Shown in pieces: positions 10,870 through 20,783 of a stretch of 64,000 bases of DNA; position 1 is the first letter of the stretch; each line of letters opens with the position of its first letter. Position numbers and translations under genes: made by a program. This stretch comes from an uncultured Actinomycetes bacterium (GTDB lineage Bacteria > Actinomycetota > Thermoleophilia > UBA2241): the NCBI GenBank assembly GCA_963725665.1, contig CAVRZA010000006.1:64001-128000 (forward strand), given 5' to 3'. The notes beneath the pieces were generated by a model. That model did not search any database and was not told where the DNA came from. It saw nothing but the letters and a program-made list of their open reading frames with translations.

Positions 10870-11636
10870 GCTCACCCGTGGGCCTGCGGTGCTTGTGAGC
10901 GCCCATGTAGATGTCCCTGACCATCTCGTTGGAGCGCGATCTCGTCGCAGGTGCCCTCGGCCGACGATCTCGCCGTAGTGCAGAAGGAGGATGCGCTCGG
11001 CCACGCCGAAGACGAGGTCCATGTCGTGGGCGATCATAAGCACCGTGATCCTGGAGCCCAGCACCGCGGATGCGGGCGGTGATGTCGGCGCTCTCGGTCG
11101 TCGTCAGACCGCAGCTCGGCTCGTCGAGCATCAGCAGCTCAGGCTCGCTGGCGAGACACAGGGCCATCTCGAGCTGGCGCTGCCGCCCGTAGGCCAGCGA
11201 GCTCACGATCTCGTCCCTGAGGTCCCACATGTCCAGCGGACTCCAGCAGCGCTGGGCGGCTCGCCGTGAAGCGCCTTGTCCTTCATGAGATACCGGACGA
11301 TGCCGTAGCGCCTCTTCTGCACGCCCTGCAGAGCGATGAGCACGTTGACGAGGACGGTCTGCTGGGGAACAGGCTGGTGATCTGGAACGAGCCGAGCCAT
11401 GCCCAGGTGCGTGCGCGGTACACCGAGTGACTGGTGATGTCCTGGCCCTTGAAGAAGACCTTGCCGGCCGAGGGCTTGAGCTGGCCGGTGAGCAGGTTGA
11501 AGAGCGTGGTCTTGCCGGCCCCGTTGGGACCGATCATCGCCACTCTCTCGCCCGGCTCGACGCCGAACGTCACGGCCTTGACCGCCGCCAGTCCCCCGAA
11601 GTGCACCGAGAGCCCTTGGACGTCAAGCAGAGCCAC
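10870..11636 (-). CDS. Branched-chain amino acid-type ABC transporter ATPase (LivG-like), frameshifted; 3' end approximate
   Basis: FGGLAAV, IGPNGAGKTT, SFQITSLF, LAYGRQRQLE, LDEPSCG, AHDMDLVF. Confidence 0.88.
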
Positions 11637-11639
11637 GTA

Positions 11640-12725
11640 TCAGCCTCCTCCACCCGTTCACGAGCATCGGATCCGAGTCCTTCCCGCATGAGCATGATCA
11701 CCACCACGAACATCGCGCCCAGGATGAGCGGCCAGCGGTCGGGCAGGTAGAGACTAGCTAGGTACTCGATCCCAACGTAGAGGACGACGCGCCACGATCG
11801 GCCCCGCGAAGAGGGCGGCGCCGCCAAGGATGACGATCATGAAGCCGATCTCGGACGTCTGCATCGGCCAGGCTGTTCGGGGTGCATGACGCCGCCGAAG
11901 TAGGCGAACAGGACACCCGCCACGCCGCCGAACGCGCCGGCGATGACCCAGGACGTGTACTTGTAGAGCCACGTGTTGTAGCCAAGAGCCTGCATGCGTC
12001 GCTCGTTGTCGTGGATGCCCTCAGACCGTAGCCGTAGTGGGAGTTCTGGATCCGGTACATGAGGTAGATGCAGACGACCGCGAAGATGAAGACCAGGTAG
12101 TAGTACCTGGACGGCGTCATCCTCAGCCCCATCCCGAGCTCGGGGTCGGGGATACCGGCCATACCGGTAGACCCCCCGGTGAGCGAGCGCGCCGCGATCG
12201 CCACCCGGGATGCGATCTCTCCAAAGGCCAGCGTCACCAGCAGAAAGTAGATGGGGTTGGTGTTGCCGGCCCCCACACCGAACACCCTGAAAGCCGGGAA
12301 GCCCAAGAGGGCGGCCACGGCCGCAGCGAAGAGCACGGCCAGCACGAGGTTCAGCCAGAAGTTGGAGATGCCGGCGTGGAAGATCAGGATGCCAGCGGCA
12401 TAGCCGCCGGCGCCGAAGAAGACGGCGTGGCCGAAGGTCGGGATATTGGCATAGCCCCAGAGGATGTTCATGCTCATGGCGAAGATGGAGAAGATCATCA
12501 TCTTCGTGACGAGGCTCTGGAGGAACGACGGGATGAACGTCGGCAGCACTGGAGCGCGACGCCCACGATGATGATCGGCAGGACGGCCCGGAGCAGCGAG
12601 CCCCGAGCCCTCTTCACCGGAGCGGCGGCTTGCCCCTCGGCGACCTGAGCGTCGCCCGGGACACTCTCCGTCATGGGCTCGTCCGCAGCCTCGCCCACGA
12701 TGGTGCCTCCCTCTCGCTCGTCCAT
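11640..12725 (-). CDS. LivM-like ABC permease, frameshifted
   Basis: FAMSMNILWGYA..FGHAVFFG, IYFLLVTLAFGE, TGGSTG, VILGG, MREG. Confidence 0.87.
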
Positions 12726-13585
12726 CAGAACACCTTGCGACCGATCAGCCCGCTCGGCCTGACCAACAGGACGATGACGAAGATGACGTAGGACGTGAAC
12801 AGGGCCGCCGATGGGAAGTAGGCCTTGCCGAACGTGTCGAGGACCCCGATGATGAGCGCCCCCAACATGGTGCCCTGGATATATCCGGTGCCGCCGACGA
12901 TCACGACCACCAGGGTCAAGAGCAAAAGGTTGTCGCCCATCGAGGGATAGGCACCCAGGATCGGGGTGCCGAGAAACCCGGCGGCCCCAGCCAGGGCGAT
13001 CCCCAATACGAAGATCAGGGTGCTCACGAGACCGTAGTTGATACCGAGGCTCACGGTCATGTCTTTGTTATCCATCCCCGCCCGGATGATGGCTCCCCAG
13101 CGCGTCTTGTCCTGCATCCACCAGAGGACGCCCAGCACGACCAGACCGACCCCGACGATGAAGACACGGTAGATGGGAAACGCCAGATCGCCGACGTGGA
13201 TGACGCCGGTCAGCCGCGGAGGCGTCAGGCCCATCTGCGCGAACGGACCCCAGATCCAGAGCACGATGTTGGCGACTATGAGAGCGATGCCGATCGTGAG
13301 CACACCTTGCTCGGGAGGGTGGTTGTAGAGATGTCTGAGGAAGAAGTAGTAGAGAGCGAACCCGATCGCGGCGAGCCCGAGAGCTGCGACGACGACGCCA
13401 AACCAGAAGGCGTCAAGCCTGCCGACCACCGCGAGCCCGATGTAGGCACCAAGCATGAACAGGGCGCCGTGGGCAAGGTTGAGGACCCCCATGACGCCGA
13501 AGGTCAGGGAGAAGCCCGCGGCGACCAGGAAGAGGATGAACGCGTACGAAAGCCCGTTCAGTCCCGTGACCAGCACTTGGTTCAT
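12725..13585 (-). CDS. LivH-like ABC permease
   Basis: LNGLSYAFILFLVAAGFSLTFGVMGVLNLAHG, TRWGAIIRA, VVVIVGG, LLVRPSGLIG. Confidence 0.92.
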   Translation of the reverse strand: MNQVLVTGLNGLSYAFILFLVAAGFSLTFGVMGVLNLAHGALFMLGAYIGLAVVGRLDAFWFGVVVAALGLAAIGFALYYFFLRHLYNHPPEQGVLTIGIALIVANIVLWIWGPFAQMGLTPPRLTGVIHVGDLAFPIYRVFIVGVGLVVLGVLWWMQDKTRWGAIIRAGMDNKDMTVSLGINYGLVSTLIFVLGIALAGAAGFLGTPILGAYPSMGDNLLLLTLVVVIVGGTGYIQGTMLGALIIGVLDTFGKAYFPSAALFTSYVIFVIVLLVRPSGLIGRKVF

Positions 13586-13607
13586 ACGTCCCCCTAGCTT
13601 GCTCCAG

Positions 13608-13652
13608 CAGTGCGTCTGCACACGGGCTGCCAGTGCGTCTGCACACGGGCTG
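13608..13652. repeat. Perfect 22-bp tandem direct repeat in the livH leader
   Basis: CAGTGCGTCTGCACACGGGCTG at 13608-13629 and 13631-13652. Confidence 0.85.
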
Positions 13653-13740
13653 TCTGCTGGCCGCGCGCCTCGCTCTGGTCCATATCGCCGAGATACCTGT
13701 CGTCTAGACGCCGAGTCTCCCCCGGTGCCAGCAGGGAGAT

Positions 13741-13754
13741 GATATACCGATATC
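13741..13754. promoter_or_regulatory. Palindromic operator GATAT-N4-ATATC (putative IclR site)
   Basis: Perfect palindrome in the divergent livH/iclR intergenic region; motif recurs five times in intergenic DNA. Confidence 0.7.
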
Positions 13755-13860
13755 GGACTTTGGCAACACTGAATAGCGGACATCGCCATCTTGGCGCACG
13801 AACGCCTCACTCAATGCGCGAGAACCAGGGGAATTACCGGTGGCAGGCCAAGATTCACTT

Positions 13861-13876
13861 TGATACCGACATATCA
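13861..13876. promoter_or_regulatory. Palindromic operator TGATAC-N4-ATATCA
   Basis: Second copy, just upstream of the IclR gene. Confidence 0.7.
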
Positions 13877-13926
13877 CGAATGCTAGAATCGGGCCGCAAT
13901 CGGCGCGCTTTGTGAGCTGATTCTGC

Positions 13927-14793
13927 GTGATGGGGGGTCTCTTGGCAACCAGGCCGTATCTGCGAGGCAAGGCAACGCTGCTCGAGACGACTTCGATCCG
14001 CAACGACGAAGCCCTATTGGTGCGCGCGTTGTCGAAGGGCCTCCTCGTGCTCAGCCTCTACGACGCCGACCATCGCGAGTGGAGTCTCGACCAGATCGTC
14101 GACCAGACGCGCCTTCCGCGGATGACCGCCTACCGCATGGTGAGAACGCTGGAGAGCGCCATGTATGTGGTGCGCGACCCGGCGACCAACCGCTACCACG
14201 TGGGTCCCGCCGTGATCGCGCTGATGTACCTCCGAGACGCGTACTTGGAGCTGGTCAGGATCGCGCGTCCCTACTTGGAGGCTCTCGCCGAGGAGGCGGG
14301 AGAATCCGCTACCCTCGCCGTCGAAGTAGATGGCGTCGCGGTCAGCGTCGACATGGTGAACACGACTCGCCCCTTCAAGCGGGAGCTGACGCCGGGCCGA
14401 ATCATCGGCGACACGGGCAACTGCAGCGGAAAGGTGTTCGCGGCGTTCAAGTCGCCCGCTGAGAGAGCACTGCTCGTCGCCTCGCCTCACGCGCAGTTGA
14501 CTCCGAACACCATCACCGACCCGGACGCGCTTGCCACCGAGCTGAAACAGATCGCGCGCAGCGGCGTCGCCTTCGACATCGAGGAGCGACACATCGGCAC
14601 CTGCGCTGTGGCGGCTCCGATCCGCGATCAGTTGGGAGCGGTCGTGGCCGCGATGGCGCTCGTGGCACCGACTGGGCGCTTCGGGCTCGAAGAACGGACG
14701 CGGTATGCAGAAGCGGTCAAAGCCAAGGCCGACTCCTTGTCGGCCTACCTCGGCTATTCCGCCCAACACCGTAGCTCAGAAGGCGTCGTCTAG
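13927..14793 (+). CDS. IclR-family transcriptional regulator (start uncertain)
   Basis: VRALSKGL..LPRMTAYRMVRTL HTH; GESATLAVEVDG; CAVAAPIRDQLG. Confidence 0.94.
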   Translation: MMGGLLATRPYLRGKATLLETTSIRNDEALLVRALSKGLLVLSLYDADHREWSLDQIVDQTRLPRMTAYRMVRTLESAMYVVRDPATNRYHVGPAVIALMYLRDAYLELVRIARPYLEALAEEAGESATLAVEVDGVAVSVDMVNTTRPFKRELTPGRIIGDTGNCSGKVFAAFKSPAERALLVASPHAQLTPNTITDPDALATELKQIARSGVAFDIEERHIGTCAVAAPIRDQLGAVVAAMALVAPTGRFGLEERTRYAEAVKAKADSLSAYLGYSAQHRSSEGVV

Positions 14794-15948
14794 GATTTCG
14801 GCGACGTCCTGCTTGCCGAAGGCGCGAGCGTTCGACCCGAGGAAGTCGTCGATCTGGCTCCACGAGAGCTCGACGACCTTGGGGATATCCTCGCGCCTGA
14901 GCCCGTAGTCCCGCAGCCGGTGCGCCATTCCTATGTGGTCGAGGAGCTGCTCGACCGCAACGATCGAAAGTCGAGCAGCCTCCAGGTCCGACATGCCGCT
15001 CACCTGCTGACCGAAGATCTCCGCGATGCGCTTGAACGCCTTCGTCTTGGCCGGCAGGTTGAAGCGCATCACTGCGGGAAGTATCGCCGCCATCGAGCGT
15101 CCGTGGGTCAGCTCGCAGACCGCAGCCACTCCGGTGGCGATGCCGTGCACCGCGCCGATGAACGAGCTCATGTAGGCCCAGCCACCCATGCTTGCCGCAA
15201 GGGCTAGGTTGTAGCGAGCCTCCCTGTCCGATCCGTCGGCGACCACCGCGCGCATATACCGGTTGCAGATCTCGAGGATGCTCTCGCTGAACAAGTCGGA
15301 CACGGGGTTCGCCTGCGTGCCCGTGAGGCACTCGATGCCGGTGACGAGGGTGTCGACGCAGGTGTCTGCGGTCGCCTCCGGCGGCATCGACATGGTCAGC
15401 AGAGGGTCGTTGATCACCACGTCGGCCAGCATGAACGGGCTGTTGATGGCGCCATGCTCGTGGGTCTTCTCGTCGATCCGCATGACCGCCGCGGAACCCG
15501 TGTCGGCCCCCGCGACGTGGGTCGTGGAGAGGACGATCAGGGGCAGGCCGGGCCGCGCCACCCTGTTGTGTCCCACCATGCCGCGCAGGTCCGTGCCGTT
15601 CGTCGCCGCCACGGCGACGCACTTGGCGATGTCCATGGCACTGCCCCCTCCGCAGCCGACCACCAGGTCGCAGCTCGAAGACCGAAGGAGCTCGACCGCG
15701 TCGGCAACAAGCTCGATCGGCGCGTCTGGGAGCACGCCGTCGTAGATGGTGAAGGGGATCTGCCCTTCCTCGAGTGACCTCAGCACGGGCGCTACGTCGC
15801 CACGCTCGATCATCGTCTTCTTGGTTACGACAAGGACCTTTGTGCCTCCCAGGGCCTTGACCTCATCGGCCAGTCCCGCAGCGGCTCCGAAGCCGAGGAT
15901 GAACTTGCTGGGCGACAGGAACTCGAAGCCGCCTAGGCTCGAAGGCAT
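14776..15948 (-). CDS. Iron-containing alcohol dehydrogenase
   Basis: GCGGGSAMDIAK, STTHVAG, INDPLLT.SMP, GAVHG, THGRS; RBS AGGAG. Confidence 0.92.
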   Translation of the reverse strand: MPSSLGGFEFLSPSKFILGFGAAAGLADEVKALGGTKVLVVTKKTMIERGDVAPVLRSLEEGQIPFTIYDGVLPDAPIELVADAVELLRSSSCDLVVGCGGGSAMDIAKCVAVAATNGTDLRGMVGHNRVARPGLPLIVLSTTHVAGADTGSAAVMRIDEKTHEHGAINSPFMLADVVINDPLLTMSMPPEATADTCVDTLVTGIECLTGTQANPVSDLFSESILEICNRYMRAVVADGSDREARYNLALAASMGGWAYMSSFIGAVHGIATGVAAVCELTHGRSMAAILPAVMRFNLPAKTKAFKRIAEIFGQQVSGMSDLEAARLSIVAVEQLLDHIGMAHRLRDYGLRREDIPKVVELSWSQIDDFLGSNARAFGKQDVAEILDDAF

Positions 15949-16035
15949 TGGGGCGCTCCTTTCTCTGATCGCGGACGCTCCAGCGGCCGTTGTGACTGAA
16001 CCACCCCTGCTCGCCGGCACTCGCCCGGCGGCCTG

Positions 16036-16155
16036 CTACACGATGGGAGAGACGCGGCCGAGGTAGCCGCGCAGGGTGGTCGATCCCATCTCGCGGTTGT
16101 ACGGCGGGTCACCCGTCGTGAGCACGTTCAGGTTCGAGTCAGCCCAGCCGTGCAC
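16036..16155 (-). pseudogene. Remnant of the C-terminus of a bis-MGD oxidoreductase
   Basis: VHGWADSNLNVLTTGDPPYNREMGSTTLRGYLGRV* aligns with YHGVFISNPNVLT..DPMYGSPDLTCLLCKV of the 6017-8215 enzyme. Confidence 0.65.
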
Positions 16156-16200
16156 GTCGTCATCTCTGTGCAGGAACACAAGATGCGGCCAAACGTGAGC

Positions 16201-16239
16201 GGGGGAGGCTTCACGACTTGTGGTCGTGAAGCCTCCCCC
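16201..16239. terminator. 17-bp perfect stem hairpin after the substrate-binding protein gene
   Basis: GGGGGAGGCTTCACGAC-ttgtg-GTCGTGAAGCCTCCCCC. Confidence 0.75.
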
Positions 16240-16280
16240 CGCGAGAGTCAACTACCTGGTCCGCTCCACCCCTAAAGGCA

Positions 16281-17524
16281 TCACGGGTTCGTGAACGTCA
16301 CGTTCGGATACGTGTAGACGGGCATCCACCGGTAGTTGCCGTCGACCTTCTGCGTCTTGGCGATGTAGAAGTTGCCGGTGCCGACGAACACGCTTTCGTA
16401 CGGAGACATCGTCACCGTGCCGATCGGCGTGTCGATGCTGATGTCCGCCATGGCCTTCTTGAGCGCCTCAGGCGACGTGTCGCCGTTGGTCTTCTTGACC
16501 GCCGCCAGGAACAGATTGACCGCGGTCCACCCGCCGAAGGAGTCCATGTTGGGCAGCTCGCCGTTCCACATCTTGGTGTAGTCGGCGACGAACTTCTTAT
16601 TGAGGGGGTTGTCCAGCTGCGAGAGATAGTGGTCCGAACCGATGATGTTCAACGAGAGATCGCCGAGCTTCTTCATGACCGGCTCCTGGAGGTCGTCGGC
16701 CATGGTCATGACCAGCGGAGCGGTGATGCCGTAGTCGTTGTACTGCTTGATGAACGGACCGGTGCCGTTACCGAAGATCCAGTTGTACGTGCAGTCGGCC
16801 GGCTTCAAGGAGGTCAGGTAGGAACTGAAGTCGACCGTGTCGATGGGCACGTACTTCTCGGTCAGGATCTGACCGCCGCCCTCCTCGAGGGCCTTCCTGA
16901 AGCCGCGCATCAGCTCGTGGCCGGTCGTGTCCTCGTAGTTGATGGAGTTCGCCGTCTTGAATCCGAGCTGCTCGACCACGTACTTGCCGAGCAGGTATCC
17001 CTCCATCGCGAACATCCCGGCCGGGATGAACGACAGGTTGTTCCCCGTCTTCAAGTTGTCGGTCGGCTGGCCGAAGATCGAGATGGAGGGTATGCCACCG
17101 CCCTCTTTGCCCAGATAGCCGGTGACAGCCGCGTTGGCCGGCGAAAAGATCGGACCGAGCATGACTTGTATCTTGTCCTGCTCCACAAGCTGCCGGGCCT
17201 TCTCGACGGCCTGGGTCGGATCGGAGTTGTTGTCGGCCTTGATGTACTCGAGCGGCCTGCCCATCCACTGGTTGTTGACCTCTGCCATAGCGGTCTTGAT
17301 GCCGTGCTCGGTGAGGTTCGCGTCAACGGCCATAAAGCCCGTGAACCCCTCATCGAACCCCATCTTGAGCGGCTCTCCGGTTGCTGCCGGCACCGGCGAC
17401 GCCGACGCCGAGGCAGAAGCGCCACCCCGGAGGTCCCGCTCGAGCCGCACGAGGCCAGAACGAACGCGCTGATCGCCAGCATGAGCACGAGCACCAAGAA
17501 TATTGTCAGTGGCTTCTTGTGCAT
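16281..17524 (-). CDS. ABC substrate-binding lipoprotein (LivK/type 1 PBP family), one frameshift near 17430
   Basis: Lipobox VLASC after hydrophobic signal; GRPLEYIKADNNSDP, GPIFS, DFSSYL, NKKFV, DTPIG. Confidence 0.9.
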
Positions 17525-17907
17525 CTTCAGTCCCCCTTTGCCTGATTTCCTTACGCTATGCTTGCCAGAACCACGCACCGTGGCACCCCCTACCACACGT
17601 GCGAACGCCGGCTAGGTCCCCGTAACAGACAGTCTCCGCATACACCCCCTTGCCCTGAATCCGTCGCCAGATCGGCGGTGTGCCGGCCGACGGACTCCGC
17701 GTGTCGCCTCGTCTTGTCCCCCTTCGCGACGAGCGCGCGCGAGCGCCGCGTTGCCGGCGAGATCCCCGGTCGTCGACGGTGACTGGCAGGCTACTCCACC
17801 TCCAAAGAGCAGACAATACCGGTACTATCGACTTCGCGCCCAGGAGGCCGCGCCCTGGGCTCGCTCATAATCATGGCCGGACATCACGCTCTCGTAGCGC
17901 AGTCGTG

Positions 17908-18723
17908 CTACGCATACGTGGTTTCGTTGAGCAGGGTCGCGAAGGCCCCGATCGGCGTGTTGGCCAGCTCGCCGAAGTCGTCGGACTCATAGCCGAGGAG
18001 TTTGCCGGTGGTCTTCTTCTGGCGCCAGTCCAGAAGCACCACGCCGAGCGTGGGCACGATCTTCTCGCGCCAGACGAACAGATAGAGCTCATCGTCGATC
18101 TTGTAGTAGTGACAGCGATCGGTGTCGGCAAGGCCCTTCTCACTGCCGGCCAGACACTGCCACGTGTACAGCTTCTCGTTCAGGTAGATGTGCTCGTACG
18201 TCTCTGTGCGACTGTAGACGTACTTGACCCTCTTGCCCACCAACTCCGTCGTAGGTGCATGATGGCACTCCTCGGTGTCGAACGGCCTGTCAATGGCCGC
18301 TCTCTGGAACTGGACGCCGACTGCCGTCAGGTCCGCTCCTTCGCTGGCGAGACGGTAGGCGCTCTTCTGGACCTCAGATTCGGCAGGCAGCGTGCCGGTA
18401 ACGGCCGTCGCCCTGCCGGCTGCGAGATCGAGGACCAGGCTGACCGACGTGGCCCGCTGAGCGCGACTGACATAGTCCACGAAGTAGAAGGCGTCCCTGA
18501 AGCAGGTCGCGGAGTAGATCTCTTCGCCCCTGGCGCCTTTGGCGGAGCCCTCCAGGACCTCCCAGCGCAGCTCATGCGCGTCGGCGAACGTGAAACGGGT
18601 GGAGCTGCCGTCTTCGAAGAAGAGCTGCAGGGATTGACCGCTCAAGGCATCTACGGCCGCGAGTACGTTCTCGCTGATCCCCTTCGCCAGCTCCCCGACC
18701 TGTATGAATCGCAGATCATCCAT
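17908..18723 (-). CDS. moaF: MoaF-family protein (monoamine-regulon MoaF of Klebsiella type)
   Basis: ELVGKRVKYVYS..YEHIYLN..YTWQCLAG.EKGLADTD..LYLFVWREKIVPTLG. Confidence 0.85.
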   Translation of the reverse strand: MDDLRFIQVGELAKGISENVLAAVDALSGQSLQLFFEDGSSTRFTFADAHELRWEVLEGSAKGARGEEIYSATCFRDAFYFVDYVSRAQRATSVSLVLDLAAGRATAVTGTLPAESEVQKSAYRLASEGADLTAVGVQFQRAAIDRPFDTEECHHAPTTELVGKRVKYVYSRTETYEHIYLNEKLYTWQCLAGSEKGLADTDRCHYYKIDDELYLFVWREKIVPTLGVVLLDWRQKKTTGKLLGYESDDFGELANTPIGAFATLLNETTYA

Positions 18724-18753
18724 CGGCCGCTCATATCCTCCCAGCCACCGATG

Positions 18754-19948
18754 TCATCCGGCGGCTTCCACGACGGTCGTCATGCCCTGCCCGCCGGCGA
18801 TGCAGATCGTCGCCAGCCCGTACCTCGTGCCTCGTTTGTGCATCTCGTGGAGCAGCGTGGTCAGGATACGGGCGCCGGAGCAGCCGAGGGGGTGACCCAG
18901 CGCGATCGCCCCGCCGTTGACGTTGACGATCTCCCGGTTCAGCCCGAGCTCCTCGATCACCGCCAGGCTCTGCGCCGCGAACGCCTCGTTCAGTTCGATC
19001 AGACCGATATCGTCCAACGTGAGGCCGGCGCGCGCGAGAGCCTTGTGCGTCGCCGGGACGGGCCCGATGCCCATGATCTCGGGCCCGACGGCGGCGACCG
19101 CCTGACCCCGAATGGTCGCCATTGCCCTCACGCCCCGACGCCGCGCTTCCGCCGCCGACATGATCACCAGGCAAGCGGCGCCGTCGTTGCGACCCGACGC
19201 ATTGCCTGCCGTCACGCTGCCACCCTCCTTGAACACCGCGGGCAGCTTGGCGAGCTTCGCCATGCTCGTCTTCCGCGGGTACTCGTCCGTGTCGAAGACG
19301 ACCGCGGGTCCACTGCGCACCGGCACCTCCACGGGGACGATCTCGTCCTTGAACCGGCCTTCCTCGATGGCGCGCCGGGCCCGCTCCTGGCTCTCGAGCG
19401 CAAACTCGTCCTGCTTCTGCCGAGAGATGCCGTACCTGTCGGCGAGGTTCTCCGCCGTCAGTCCCATCGTGAGGTCGCCGTACACCTCGTATGGCTGCGA
19501 TCGCGGCTGGCTCTCGGTGTTCGGATCCACGAGGACGGCGTTGCCTGAGACGAGACCGAAGCGAGCCCCTCTCAGGTAGTAGGGAGCGCGGCTCATGCTC
19601 TCCACGCCGCCGGCCACGACGACGTCGGCTTGGCCGGCTAGAATGGACTGCACGGCGTTGTGGACCGCTTGCAGCCCAGAGCCGCACTGGCGCATGACCG
19701 TGTATGCGGGGACCTCGACCGGCAAGACCGGCTTTGAGAGCCGCCACGCGGGCCAGGTTGGCGGCATCCGCGCTTTGCTTGGTCTGCCCGAAGATGACCT
19801 CGTCGACGTGTGCCGGCTCTATCCCCGCGCGCTCGATCGCCGCGAGGATCACGACCTTGGCGAGCTCCTCCGGCTGCACGTCCTTGAGCGCCCCGCCGAC
19901 CTTGCCCACGGCGGTACGGACCGCAGATGCGACGACGACTTCAGTCAT
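18754..19948 (-). CDS. Acetyl-CoA C-acyltransferase (thiolase), one frameshift
   Basis: [53 protein letters not shown]. Confidence 0.94.
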
Positions 19949-19964
19949 GGCGGATCGCATAGCG

Positions 19965-20737
19965 TCAGGCGTACGCCATGTTCCCGCCGTCGATGTTGAG
20001 GATGGTGCCCGTGACGAAGTCCGACGCCGCCGACGCCAGGAAGACGACGGGCCCCACGATGTCGGCGACGGTGGCCATGCGGCCCATGGGCACGTTCTGC
20101 AGCATCCTCTCGTAGCGAGCCGCCTCGTCCTTGATGCGCTGCTCTGTCATGGGCGTCACGGTGATGATCGGGGCGATGGCGTTGACCAGCACGCCGTGAG
20201 GCGCCAGCTCGCAGGCCAGTTGGCGGGTGATCATGTCGACCGCGCCTTTGGTCGCACAGTAGGCGCTGTTGCCGCCCGACGTGCCTCGCTGGCCTCTGAC
20301 CGACGACAGGCTGATGATCTTGCCGCCGCCCTGCTTGACCATCTGTGCACCGAACGCCTTGCAGCAGATCATCACTCCCCTGACGTTGACGGCGAAGAGC
20401 TTGTCCCACTGGTCCATAGGGAACTCCGTCGCGGGCGCCTTGAAGTTGACTCCCAAGGCATTGACGAGGATATCGACACGCCCCATGTCGGAGACCGCCT
20501 TGGCCACCAGCTCCTCGACGCTCGTTCTCCTGGGTGCAATCGACCTGGTAGACCCCGACCTTCTGGCCCGTGGTCGCCTCGATCTCGGCAGCCGCGGCGC
20601 TCGAGAGTGGCCGGGTTGACGTCGGCGATCGCCACCCGGGCACCGTAGCGCGCGAGCCCGTCCGCTATGGCGTTGCCCATGCCTCCGGCGCCGACGACGA
20701 CGGCGCTCTTGCCCTCGAGCGAAAACAGGTCATCCAT
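19965..20737 (-). CDS. Short-chain dehydrogenase/reductase, frameshifted
   Basis: LFSLEGK..VVGAGGMG, ADVN, NALG, SSVRG, YCATK, VFLASAASDFVTG. Confidence 0.92.
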
Positions 20738-20783
20738 GGCCCATCTCCTTTCCTCCACCACTGCTCTGCGCTCTTCTGCGCGC

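Noticed and set aside
9609-11230. Apparent LivG-LivF and LivF-aminotransferase read-through fusions
   Set aside because: The downstream genes have their own start codons and the region is full of indels.
13608-13652. Possible CRISPR mini-array (also the 29493-29570 repeats)
   Set aside because: Only two units, no unique spacers of suitable length, no cas genes.
17908-18723. MoaF as a molybdenum cofactor biosynthesis gene
   Set aside because: The name comes from the Klebsiella monoamine regulon, and it sits in a BKACE/thiolase operon rather than with modABC-mobB.
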